DNA from: Eledone cirrhosa
Taxonomy: Eukaryota
Reading direction: 5' to 3'
Assembly: GCA_964016885.1 (NCBI GenBank)
Contig: OZ024742.1
Span: 18,538,001-18,602,000 of the forward strand
DNA: 64,000 nt
The notes beneath the pieces were generated by a model. That model was not told the origin of the DNA, ran no database searches, and worked only from the letters and a program-made list of their open reading frames with translations. Below, in pieces: positions 33,206 to 44,798 of the stretch. The translations under genes and the position numbers were made by a program. Position 1 is the first letter of the stretch. The number at the start of each line of letters is the position of its first letter.

Positions 33206-33870
33206 TATATATACATATAAAATTGTATTCCTGTTTGTTTGTTTGTTTGTACACGAACTCCTCCTATCGTTTTGGAGATAGACCCCCATAACAATATATA
33301 TTCTGAAACTAAATTGCCCAGGGTACTTGGATAAGGATATTTCATTTTAATCAAAGGGTTCCTCGGGTGCACAAAACCCCAGCTGAAAATGTTTTCCCTT
33401 CGATTTATATGAAATTTAAATCACAGGTAAATAACAAGATATGATGGCTATTCACAAAATTTCAGCAAATTTCAATAATAGTAAGACACCCTAATAGGGG
33501 GTTAAACCCCCTATTAGGGTTCCCCGGAGGCACAAACCCCCGCTGGAAATTTTTTCCCTTCGATTCATATGAAATTTAAACCATAGCTAAATGACAAGAT
33601 ATGATGCCTATTCACAAAAGTTTTCAATTGATATTTTGAAAAAAATTATTTACAAGAGACAAAATAAGAATAAGATTTAATAATGTAATTTTGATTTGAT
33701 GTATTACAAAAACTAATGTTTTCCAATTTTTCATGCATTACATTTTACATTGAGTAATACTGAAATACAGGGTTTTTCTACATAAATTATATCACTAATT
33801 TAAAATCATTCATCATTTTCTTACAAAAAAAAATGTGTGAAACGCAGCAAGGCGCGGGTAATTCGGCTAG
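33206..33870 (+). mobile_element. Non-autonomous Helitron-like element
   Basis: 3' end ACGCAGCAAGGCGCGGGTAATTCGGCTAG|T (GC-rich subterminal motif plus CTAG). The 5' end TATATATACATATAAAA...GTTTGTTTGT resembles that of the Helitron at 43883, but the 5' TC is not intact. It carries an internal ~103-bp duplication (33356-33459 / 33517-33619). Confidence 0.65.
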
Positions 33871-34159
33871 TTTATATATACTATTGATGTTGAAATTATG
33901 TGTAAAATGTCGACAAACTGAAATTTTATGATGAATATATAAACATTTTTCAGTTATCAAGTTATTTCAGAAGCCAAATTTTATTCCGATAAAGGAAAAT
34001 ATATCTTGTTTTCCTCTGTGTTGTATTATATCAGAAAAGATAATACTTCATTAAATAATGTATCACGAGGGATGTGACGTGTACAAATAATTTTAACAAT
34101 TTACATATATTTGTCAAGGTCGTAAAATGTCACTGTTGTAAATTACTGAAATGTTTAAG

Positions 34160-34625
34160 CTTTATTCACGATTGTATAAATAACATTACAAATGGGGAAG
34201 GGGTAAAGAAAGGTAGATCTGGCTGTCTGGGAAAGTAGAAGTAATGACTATAAAAATTATGATGAGAGGAAAAGGAGGAGTAAAGCAAGGGCTGTACGGC
34301 TACAGAAGAAAAGGAAGAGGAAGGGGAGAGGATGATGGTTTCTGGGCCTAGGGCTCGGTGTTGGGGCTGCGCCCTGTGGACAAAACTGCAAAAGCATTTC
34401 AGCGACAATGGCCAGCGACACCCGCTGAAACAGCCACCCCCACCACACGTGACTCCTTCCTCAGACAGGCTGCTGACATTACAATCTTGTCGAGGAGCTC
34501 GGCAGTACGGGGTCCAAGGACGCCTGAGGTCTCAGCAGCGACCGATGTGGAGAGGAAGCGGCCGGATACTCGCCGGTATTTGTTTATCTTCCTTTCCTCT
34601 GCATTGGAGGATGTTTTCAACACTG
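34160..34625 (-). mobile_element. CRE-clade-like non-LTR retrotransposon 3' fragment (restriction-like endonuclease C-terminus)
   Basis: Minus frames give NAEERKINKY...SVAAETSGVLGPRTAELLDKI and, after a frameshift, WLFQRVSLAIV. This matches the AE-RK--KY / ET-G--G / LFQR-S-AI pattern of CRE-type RLE domains. AATAAA lies at the 3' end. Confidence 0.75.
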
Positions 34626-34649
34626 TTTTATACTTCGCCCACGGACACA

Positions 34650-34725
34650 GCATGGCAGGCTGGTTAAGAAATTCTTTTCGTAATAATTAGGTCCCGGGTT
34701 CGATCCCACTGTGTGGCATATTGGG
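34650..34725 (+). mobile_element. tRNA-derived SINE head fragment
   Basis: TGGTTAAG (A-box-like), then GGTTCGATCCC (B-box), truncated by the fold-back element that follows. Confidence 0.5.
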
Positions 34726-34740
34726 AAAATATCATTTATA

Positions 34741-35330
34741 TAAATATAAGTATGTATACGTACATACATATATGTATACAGACGTGCAGTAGTATGTATA
34801 TATATATACATACATGCACACATATATATATGTACGTATGGATTCACCGAACATTTATTATAATGCTCGGTTTGTTTGTAAACAAACATCCCGAATTAAG
34901 CCGTACAGTGTTTAGCAACCATCATTGCCCTTTTGTTCCGATATGCAAATTAGGCTGCTCGGCCGTTAATATGCATAAGGAAAGTATATACTTTCAGACG
35001 TTCAATCATCTGGCAGGAAGGTATACGGTGTTGACGATAGTTAATAAGCTTGAAACTAGTACAGCGTTCCTTTGTCAGTGTTTGTCAGTGTTTGTCAGTG
35101 TTTGTCAGTGTTGAACAAAAGAGCAACGATGGTTGCTAGACACTGTACGGCTTAATTCGGGATGTTTGTTTACATACGTACATATATATATGTGTGCATG
35201 TATGTATATATATACATACTACTGTACGTCTGTATACATATATGTATGTACGTATACATACTTATATTTAAGTAACAGCCGTACTAAGAGTGAGAAATGA
35301 AATTTCGTTTCATTTTTTTCCGTTTATCAT
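34741..35330. mobile_element. Fold-back non-coding element with a degenerate hammerhead (probably PLE-derived)
   Basis: Inverted arms 34741-34840 / 35173-35270 and 34878-34938 / 35113-35173. The right terminus recurs at about 47690-47792. It is followed by (TA)n. Confidence 0.6.
35026..35066 (+). ncRNA. Degenerate type I hammerhead ribozyme motif
   Basis: CGGTG-TTGACGA (CUGANGA with C>T)-stem II AGTT/AGCT-GAAAC-TA-GTA-CAGCG. Stem III is the palindrome ACTAGT, and stem I can extend via CTGGCAGGAAGG/CCTTTGTCAG. Confidence 0.5.
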
Positions 35331-35443
35331 TTATATATATATATTTATATATATATATATTTATATATATATATATTTATATATATATATATTTATATAT
35401 ATATATTTATATATATATATTTATATATATATATTTATATATT

Positions 35444-35551
<108 letters not shown>

Positions 35552-35553
35552 TA

Positions 35554-36768
35554 TATGAGTTGTGATGTAATGTATTTATGTAAAGCGTGTACTGTGATTT
35601 AGGCTGCACTAATAGAAATTTAGCCTGTAACTGTGGGCGGACCTGTGCCATCCCGCCGTAAGCAGTGGATACGTGGCGCTTGTACGTGTTGCCATCATAT
35701 TCTGTGGTTTAAGATCTACAGGCTGACTTCTGGGAGCTCTTGCCCGGGGTTGTAGTCTTTCTAGCACGATCGGCCTTCCATATATTGACGGTCGTTGTTA
35801 TGATCCCGAAAGTAACGTTTTGGCCCCGATAGCCCTCCGTAGTTACTAACGGTCTGTGTACACTTGAATCGGGCAATGGCACGTGCGGACACGATTATCT
35901 CCGTAGGATTTCAACTTTATTTTACTACATCTCATCGTATGTATTTATTTTGAATGTATTATCCGTGGTGGTGGGTCTGGCCTAATGTGGTATTTCGGTG
36001 TTTAATATCAGCTTTGACCCGGGTGTCCTACGCTGTGTGTGTGTGCGTGTGTGTCCGTGTATACATTTATATGTGTATGGGTGTAGGTGGTTGTATATGT
36101 CTGTATATAAAAAAAAATATATATATATATGTATACCGTCTCTGCATATGCATGTGGTGTGTATATGTGCATATACGTGCTGAACATATTGATGTGTACA
36201 ATCTTGTGATGTCCCAATTCGGTGACTTCATGGCTCTGGAAGCTATTTTTTATATATCTTCTGTCTTTTTATATATCTTTTGTATGCGCTCCAACTGTGT
36301 CTGCTTGCTTTGGCTAACCCGCCTGCACTTCGCTTGCTAATGCACGTGAATTCTCCTACCTTCCTTCGATGCACCTCTCTCTGACCATTGGACTCCTGCC
36401 CGGGTGTGAACCGGTTTGTGATTACCCCACCGCTCAACTGTGTGAATGCACACCCGCGACTTTCGAGTGAACTTTTGAGACTGCCCAACCTGGGACGCCT
36501 CCATTGCCTTGCAATGGTCAAGTGATACTGGTGACTGTGACACTTAGTGCCTTCGTGGGCCCCTGATATTTTCAAGAAATATATTTTAAAAAAATGGTCA
36601 AGTGATACACATAACTGTGACACTTAGTGCCTTCGTGGGCCCCTGATATATTCAAGAGATATATTCTAAAAAAATATATATCTTATCTCAATTTACTTTA
36701 TTTCATTTTATTTTATTTTATTTCATTTCATGTTATCTAATTTTATTTATTTACTTATTTAATTCCAT

Positions 36769-36803
<35 letters not shown>

Positions 36804-36804
36804 C

Positions 36805-36836
<32 letters not shown>

Positions 36837-37575
36837 ATTTAATTTTAATTTTAATTTTAATTTTATTTATTTATTTAATTTTATTTATTTATTTATTCAT
36901 TTATTTAATTTAATTACATTTAATTATATCTTATATTATATTATTTTAATTTAGTCTATTTTATTTTATTTTAGTTTACCTTATTTTATCTTATTTTATC
37001 TTATTTTATGATTATATTATATTATGTTCTATTTTATATAATTTTAATTTTAATTTTATATTATTTTATCTCATTCCTTACCCTGTATCACTATTATCTG
37101 TATATTTTATATTTTATATGTAAGTTTGTTATGTACTTCTTTATATTTTCTTATATATATTATAAGTCTGTTTTTCACCTATTTTTTACCTACTCTTACC
37201 TAATCCTATCTATCTTATCTACTCTTGTCTGTTCTCTTATCCATGTGTATGCTTGTATGTAACTATATGTTGACAGCACCCCGCCCAACTTTGACTGATA
37301 GCACCCCTTATTTTTCATTGTTTATTTTATTATCTTATTTTTATTTTTATTTTTATTTTTATTTTTATTCCTATTTTTATTTTTACTTTTACTTCCTTAA
37401 TATCCTTTATCGTCTATTATTATTTTTCATTCTTCAATGTCTTGGATTTGTTATTGCTTGTATGGTATGTAATTAACCTTTATGCTCTGATGAGTCCCAC
37501 TTATAGTGCGGATGAAACAATGTTAGCAAGTAAAGATATGCATATGCTATAGGCGTTCTTTGTTATTTATTATAT
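35554..37575 (+). mobile_element. Putative non-autonomous or 5'-truncated PLE (3' region ending in a hammerhead) within a (TA)n tract
   Basis: About 2 kb of non-coding sequence bounded on both sides by the same (TA)n/TTTA microsatellite. A canonical HHR lies ~50 nt from the right end, and there is an ~80-bp tandem duplication at about 36514-36680. Confidence 0.5.
37483..37528 (+). ncRNA. Type I hammerhead ribozyme (minimal PLE-type)
   Basis: TGCT-CTGATGA-stem II GTCCCAC...GTGCGGAT-GAAAC-AAT-GTT-AGCA. Stem I is TGCT/AGCA, with predicted cleavage after GUU. Confidence 0.8.
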
Positions 37576-37656
37576 TTATATATATATATTTATATATATA
37601 TATTTATATATATATATTTATATATATATATTTATATATATATATTTATATATATA

Positions 37657-37728
<72 letters not shown>

Positions 37729-37758
37729 TATATATATATATTTATATATATATATATT

Positions 37759-37789
<31 letters not shown>

Positions 37790-38037
37790 ATTTATATATA
37801 TATATATTTATATATATATATTTATATATATATATTTATATATATATATATTTATATATATTTATATATACATATTGTTATACTTTGGGAGGGTCATGTT
37901 GCCAATAAGAAACACACGCACCAGTTGCTTTCACTTCAATTTATTATATATTTATAAATTTATAAATTTACAAATCTACAAACTTATAAATTTTTGGTTG
38001 GTTGGTTGGTTCCACAACCAGATAGTTGTTTATATAT

Positions 38038-38082
38038 AGTCATAGTCCTTTCGTCACACACTATGTGACCTCTTCAGTGACT
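38038..38082 (-). ncRNA. Type I hammerhead ribozyme motif (left arm)
   Basis: Minus strand: AGTCA-CTGAAGA-G-GTCACA/TGTGAC-GAAAG-GA-CTA-TGACT. Confidence 0.65.
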
Positions 38083-38187
38083 GGGGATTCCTTTCTTTGT
38101 TTCTGTGCCTTTCCTTTCTTCTGTCCTACGCCATTTTGTTTCTGGACAGAAGAAAGGAAAGGCACAGAAACAAAGAAAGGAATCCCC

Positions 38188-38232
38188 AGTCACTGAAGAT
38201 GTCACAGAGTGTGTGACGAAAGGACTATGACT
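38188..38232 (+). ncRNA. Type I hammerhead ribozyme motif (right arm)
   Basis: AGTCA-CTGAAGA-T-GTCACA/TGTGAC-GAAAG-GA-CTA-TGACT. Stem I is AGTCA/TGACT, and stem III is minimal. Confidence 0.65.
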
Positions 38233-38454
38233 ATATATAAACAACTATCTGGTTGTGGAACCAACCAACCAACCAGAAATTTATAAGTTTGTAGATTTGT
38301 AAATTTATAAATTTATAAATATATAATAAATTGAAGTGAAAGCAACTGGTGCGTGTGTTTCTTATTGGCAACATGACCCTCCGAAAGTATAACAATATCG
38401 GTTTCAACACACGATTTCAGATAAAGAATCTTGCTAAACAAATTCAGAAACGAA

Positions 38455-38507
<53 letters not shown>

Positions 38508-38909
38508 TATATATATATATTTATATATATATATTTATATATATATATAATAACATTCGATGGTCTCATGTTTTGCGAATGAAATTGTGTAGAAGAAACT
38601 GTTTGGAAGCCTGTCAGATGGACTGTACCTGTAATTCAAAAGGCCAACCTTGCCGTATACAGTGTCATACTGAATCTCTCTAAGACTTACTTTATGGGTA
38701 CACGTGTCTGTGGAATGCTTGGCCACATACATTGAGGGAACAGTTGGAACATGGATTATCTGACAGAGGTTCAATATTTTCCATTTATAAATGACAATAT
38801 TAGCAACAGGTCATATGTTGCCATGCTGAGTCTCCCTGAGAGTTATGTGCCTTTGGAATGCCCAGCAACTTATATGCTAGTTTCGTAAGTAGATTATTTC
38901 GTTGATCAG

Positions 38910-39455
38910 TACCAAGTTTATAGTAATGTTGTACCAAACTTATAGCACACCAAGCTTAAAGCAATGGTACCAGGATATAGTAATTGTGTACGAAGTTTAT
39001 AGCATTGTTGTACGAAGGTTTATAGTAGTGTTGTACCAAACTTATAGTTATGGTGTACTAAACTAATAGTAATGATGTACCAAGTTTATAGTAGTGTTGT
39101 ACCAAACTTATAGTTATGGTGTACTAAACTAATAGTAATGATGTACCAAGTTTATAGTAGTGTTGTACCAAACTTATAGTTATGGTGTACTAAACTGATA
39201 GTAATGATGTACCAAGTTTATAGTAGTGTTGTACCAAACTTATAGTTATGGTGTACTAAACTCATAGTAATGATGTACCAAGTTTATAGTAGTGTTGTAC
39301 CAAACTTATAGTAATAGCATACTAAGCTTAAAGCAATGGTGTACCCATGTCATATTATACCAAGGTTATAATAATGGTGTACCCAGATTATAGTAATGGT
39401 GTACCCAAGTTTATAAAAATGGTGTACTAAGTTTATAGGAATGATGTACCAAGAT
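38910..39455. repeat. ~22-bp minisatellite with a 66-bp (3-mer) higher-order core
   Basis: Unit GTACCAAGTTTATAGTAATGTT-like. TATAGTAGTGTTG recurs at 39021, 39087, 39153, 39219 and 39285. Confidence 0.9.
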
Positions 39456-39782
39456 AAAATATAATTTATGGAGTGCTAAGTCAAAGTGATATCTTTATCA
39501 GGGTAAAGGTGCAACATTTTACTGCAGTTGTATTTATTCCATTAGATAAATGTCATAGCTAATACCACATATAACATATTAATGTTGGCTCTCATGAGAG
39601 GAAGCTGATAAATGTTATTTCCATGTTATAAAACAACAAAGGATATGGACATGATGATTGAAGCTAGGGATAGATTTCACTTAGTCATTCTAAAATACCA
39701 CAAGAATCATTCTGATTAAATATGTATTATGCAGCTAATTTATCAATGGCAATGTGTATCGCTATCAATGACACACTTCTTG

Positions 39783-39783
<1 letters not shown>

Positions 39784-39865
<82 letters not shown>

Positions 39866-39909
39866 ATATATATGTAATATATATGTATATATATACGTAT
39901 ATATATATG

Positions 39910-39947
<38 letters not shown>

Positions 39948-39955
39948 GATTTATA

Positions 39956-39986
<31 letters not shown>

Positions 39987-40022
39987 GTAATATATATGTA
40001 ATATATATGTATATATATATAC

Positions 40023-40114
<92 letters not shown>
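39784..40114. repeat. (TA)n-rich microsatellite
   Basis: Directly visible. Confidence 0.95.
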
Positions 40115-40118
<4 letters not shown>

Positions 40119-40247
40119 GTGTATAATGGTAGCTATGGTGCTTCCATAGATGGTATGCCAAAATTAACGCTCAATATTCAGCAGAGTAGAGTGTAGATAG
40201 TATAAAGAAAACGAAAAATCAGTGATGCATCTGGACTTAATTTATTG

Positions 40248-40338
40248 CGTGTTACAATTGTTTCGCCGGCAGGTAGCTCGAGACATGGTCCCTGTATGGA
40301 TCTGGCTGATTCTACGGCTGTAGGTTCTTTCAGACACG
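40248..40338 (-). ncRNA. Hammerhead-like motif (variant core CUGAAAGA, long stem II)
   Basis: Minus strand: CGTGT-CTGAAAGA-~60 nt-GAAAC-AATT-GTA-ACACG. Stem I is perfect and stem III is the palindrome ACAATTGT. Confidence 0.45.
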
Positions 40339-40699
40339 GGTAGTTCGTTCGGAGCAAATTTTATCACTGGAATGTTATCAAAAAAACCTCTTCCACTCTT
40401 GTCATGTCATTGGCTGTTTTTACTACACGTCATCCCAAGTTCTGGTCAGTATTTTAGTGTATCCTAAAATATTGTAAATTTATTTATTTATTTTATTTTA
40501 TTTTATTATCCTATTGTGTTTATATTCGGGTGTTTGTAAGTGTGAACCTGTGCGTAGGTATATGTATGTGTGTGTGTATGTATATATATATATACGTGGG
40601 TGTGTATGGGGGCGTATATATGGGCATGGGTACGTATATGCATGAGCTTATGAGTGCGTGAATGTGCAGGCATGTGCATGTATGTAAGTATGTGGCAGA

Positions 40700-40749
<50 letters not shown>

Positions 40750-41563
40750 AGAGCGATCGTTATACTGTAACCATCGCTTAAAATCTACATTTTCATATTA
40801 TAAATACTATCAGGATTGAACGCCTGTCTCTATCCCCGTTTGATTGTCAAAATAGATATGAACATTCTTTATTAGTCTTAATTCTATCAACTCTTCTATT
40901 ATTTACCTTTTAATACAAACTGCTATAGATAAAATGAGATTTCTGATTTCTTGATTCAATTCCCTAATGCATATACCAGCTGGCTACTAGCATTGATGTT
41001 ATTTAGTAGCAATCGAAATCTCCCTCTTCCCCAATTGACACTTTATAATTAATACTACTGCACCAAATGACCAGCCCTGTCCACTGTCCAGTTGGTCAAG
41101 TAGAGATTAAAATTGGCACTCCCAAAATTCTTATTTAGATTTACTCATGGTATTCTCATTAGAAACCCATTATATACTTGTTTAGCAGTAAATTATTTTA
41201 CCATCTGTCATATACTATCCCCTCCGTTCCTTCCTCTTTTACTAATATAAATACTTCAATTTTTCTGATTTTATCCAGTTTATCCAAAATCTCTGAAGAA
41301 GTGACAACTGATTATACATTTGCTATCGAATACTTGCTAACATTATATGATTACGCAAGCAGCGATACATAGGTATTCGGTCTGTTACAGAAACATATGT
41401 CAATACCTAATAAATTCCTTTTTTAACAAAAGCACTTTCATTTTATATTCATCCTTTCTACATTTTCTCCGGAATATAATTTATACTCGTTGAGCAAACC
41501 TACACGTACGCTGTTCATCTCTAACGTAACGATATATTATCACTACATTATTGATAACCTGAA

Positions 41564-41652
<89 letters not shown>

Positions 41653-41939
41653 CGTATGTACGTATAGCTACATATGAGTAGGTGTGCGTATGTGGGTGCG
41701 TAAGTGTGTATATATATGTATATATATATATGTGTGTGGGTGCGGGTGTATGCATATGTGGGCCTCTACATGTGTGTATGTGTATTTGTGTATACATGTA
41801 TATGTTTATGTACATCTCACAGGAATGTGTACGGATGATTATATATGGAGTATATATGCATTTTATTACTATTATTCTTTTTGTATTATTTTATCTTATA
41901 TCCTTTGTATATATCCGTATATGTATGTATGAATGTGTG

Positions 41940-42004
<65 letters not shown>

Positions 42005-42080
42005 ATGTATGTGTGTATGTAATTTTGTGTACGTATGTGTATTTTGTATGTATGTGTGTGCATGTGTGTATATATATGTG

Positions 42081-42116
<36 letters not shown>

Positions 42117-42710
42117 ATATGTATGTATGTATATATATGTGTGTATGTATATATGTGTGTGTGTGTATGAGTGTGTATATATATAAATGTATATAAGGTT
42201 GTGTGTATGTATGCGTATATGTGTATGTTTGCGTAGGCCATGCTTGTCCGACCGGATATATGGCGCAACTTAAGCACCCGTTATAAGGCTTGTGGTGATA
42301 TGTATATAGAAGTGGGTGTAACTGGGTCCCTGGAAGCGAGGGAGAGCGTGTGTGTGTATATATATATATATGTGTGGGTGTGTGTGTGTCTACGCATGTA
42401 TGCGTACGTGTGTGTATGCACGGATGTGTCTGTATCTGCATGTGCGTGTATATGTGTGTGTATATTCGTATGTGTGGGTGCTTACTTTGGAGTGTGAACA
42501 GACGTGTGAGATACTGAACCCAGCATGACTCCATTGAAGTGTGTCGGACGGAAAATGGCTGATGACCCGTGTACCAGTAAATACTTACCAGAACTTGGGA
42601 TGACGTGGAGTAAAAACAGCCAATGGCATGACAAGAGTGGAAGAGGTTTTTTTGAGGGTGTTTTTTGATGATAACACCCCAGTGATAAAATTTGCTCCGA
42701 ACGAACTACC

Positions 42711-42801
42711 TGTGTCTGAAAGAACCTGCAGTCGTAGAATCAGCCAGATCCATACAGGGACCATGTCTCGAGCTACCTGCCGGCGAAACAATTGTAACAC
42801 G
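42711..42801 (+). ncRNA. Hammerhead-like motif (variant core CUGAAAGA, long stem II)
   Basis: TGTGT-CTGAAAGA-~60 nt-GAAAC-AATT-GTA-ACACG. Confidence 0.45.
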
Positions 42802-43882
42802 CAATAAATTAAGTCCAGATGCATCACTGATTTTACGTTTCCTTTATACTATATATATATATATAATATGATTTATAGTTATATATACACTATTATTTAT
42901 AGTTATATATAAAACTAATAATAATATATATATCCTAGATTAAGATACATATAGAACATTTATATATAAAGAACTACATAGAAGCTATAAGAAAACCACA
43001 ATTAAAAACCTAGAGGATATAAATATAGAAGGCCATAGTATAGTGTGTAAATTAGGACTTCAGAGACACACACAGCCATATACCGCTAACCCGCCAAGAT
43101 TCTCTCTGACAGACCATAAGGAAAACTTTAATAGTAACCAATCTATAAGACTAATTTGCTCTTCCAAATCTGACATTGGAATGATCACCAAAAACATATT
43201 AGATAGAATCATCCCCCAATTTAAGCATAAAATATATCTTAACCAGTGGGGAAATACAGGTGAAGTTATTGAATGGTTAAATGATATTAAAGAGAATAAT
43301 AAAAAAATTTATACAATTTGATATTAATTCATACTACATCTCTATTTCCCCTATCCTATTAAATAAGGCATTACTTATGGCTATGAACAATAGTGACCTT
43401 ACTAGATCCCAAATTGATGCCATCCTTGCGGCCCGAAAAACCATAATTGCATTTGAAGATCAATTATGGACCCGCAAAAACACACAGAACAACTTTGACA
43501 TAAATATGGGATCTAGTGACTCGGCGCAGGTCACTGATTTGGTGGGCCTATATCTCTTAAATGAAATTCATAAGAATCTACCCTACCTCAATGGTGGCTT
43601 ATACCGCGATGATGCACTACTTCTTATTGACTATAAAAAATGTAATATAGAAAGAACTAGGAAACAATTACATAAAACTTTCAAAAACTTCAACTTAGGT
43701 ATTACCTTAGATAAAAACACTAAAAACGTTAACTTCCTTGATGCTACCCTTTGCCTGGACTCTAAAATACATACACCCTTTCATAAACCAAACGAAAAAC
43801 TACTTTATGTAGATACCAACTCTAACCACCCTAAATCCATATTAAACTCAATTACTAAAGGGATATCAAATAGAATCTCTAA

Positions 43883-44798
43883 TCTATATATATAAAACTG
43901 TGGTTGTCTGTCTGTCTATCGATTTTTGGCACACATCTCCTCTTAGAATCTCTCACGGAATTGCACCGAAATTGCTATACTTGTACATTGAGCCCTAGCG
44001 AAGACAACGGAAAAAAAAATTTCAAATTGACCCACCCTATGTGACGAAATCGAATATAATGTATCGATTTTTGAGCGTAAGTTATCAGTTATTTCCCTTT
44101 GTTCTGTTTACATTGAGCGTCTTACGTAAAAAATTACGCTAGCTTTACGAACAGTTGTCGAGCCAGCAAAATATTGACCTGCAAAATTCATCAGTTCGAA
44201 CACTAAGCTTCCGTTTTGCTTCATTTCCATTTAAAAGCATTTTAAAACAATATTTTTACTTGAAAACAAGTCTATTTAAAGACTACGTAAAACAAGCAAA
44301 TATTTCGTCGTTAGGCGTGCAGACAGACAGTCGTGCAGACAGACAGTCGTGCAGAGAGGTGATATACGCGTGCAGACAGATAGTCGTGCAGAGAGGTGAT
44401 ATAGGCGTGCAGACAGACAGTCATGCAGAGAGGTGATATAGGCGTGCAGACAGACAGTCGTGCAGAGAGGTGATATAGGCGTGCAGACAGACATAACTGA
44501 TAATTTGGTTACGCTAATGTTTTTCTCTGCGTTGCAGTGTTTACATTTTCGATCTTTGTTAATAAATAACCAGTGCAGTTTCTATCCCCAGCATCCTCTT
44601 TTGTTATAACATTCGGGTTATCGTTATGTTTTCTTAACTTCATAAGGCATATTGTTGGTTGAGGGAATATTAATCAAAAACACCACATGCAAGTCTGCAC
44701 AGTAGACACTACAGTTTTTAAGCCAAAAAAGAAACTTAACATTGTAACTTTAACACAGCTACTGAGCGACCCCGAGCAACGCCGGGCTTTACTGCTAG
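43883..44798 (+). mobile_element. Non-autonomous Helitron (916 bp)
   Basis: 5' TCTATATATATAAAAC; 3' subterminal hairpin CCCGAGCAACGCCGGG followed by CTAG. It sits between A and T with no TSD. Removing it restores the PLE frame RISN|LSYNETIFN. Confidence 0.93.
44312..44493. repeat. 37-bp minisatellite inside the Helitron
   Basis: TAGGCGTGCAGACAGACAGTCGTGCAGAGAGGTGATA repeated about 4.5 times. Confidence 0.9.

Larger units (their letters stand above)
37872..38455. mobile_element. Long palindrome (255-bp arms, 17-nt spacer) with one hammerhead per arm, inside (TA)n
   Basis: 37872-38126 is the reverse complement of 38144-38398 with only a few mismatches. The right side continues ~57 nt further before (TA)n. 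Confidence 0.8.
40116..42851 (+). mobile_element. Non-coding PLE-like insertion with an inverted 5' copy of its 3' terminus
   Basis: 40197-40453 is the reverse complement of 42580-42851 (scattered mismatches and one indel). The interior is TG/TA microsatellite-rich, both ends abut (TA)n, and both arms contain an HHR-like motif. Confidence 0.6.

Noticed and set aside
38640-38910. Possible degraded SINE 3' segments (GGGTACACGTGTCTGTGGA; GTCTCCCTGAGA)
   Set aside because: They resemble remembered repeat sequence, but no A/B boxes or boundaries are visible, so they cannot be supported from the window.
40750-41565. Possible decayed L1/Tx1 ORF2 fragment on the minus strand (FTAKQVY..., RFRLLLNNI...)
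   Set aside because: Only short weak motifs among many stops and frameshifts. BLASTx is needed before calling it.
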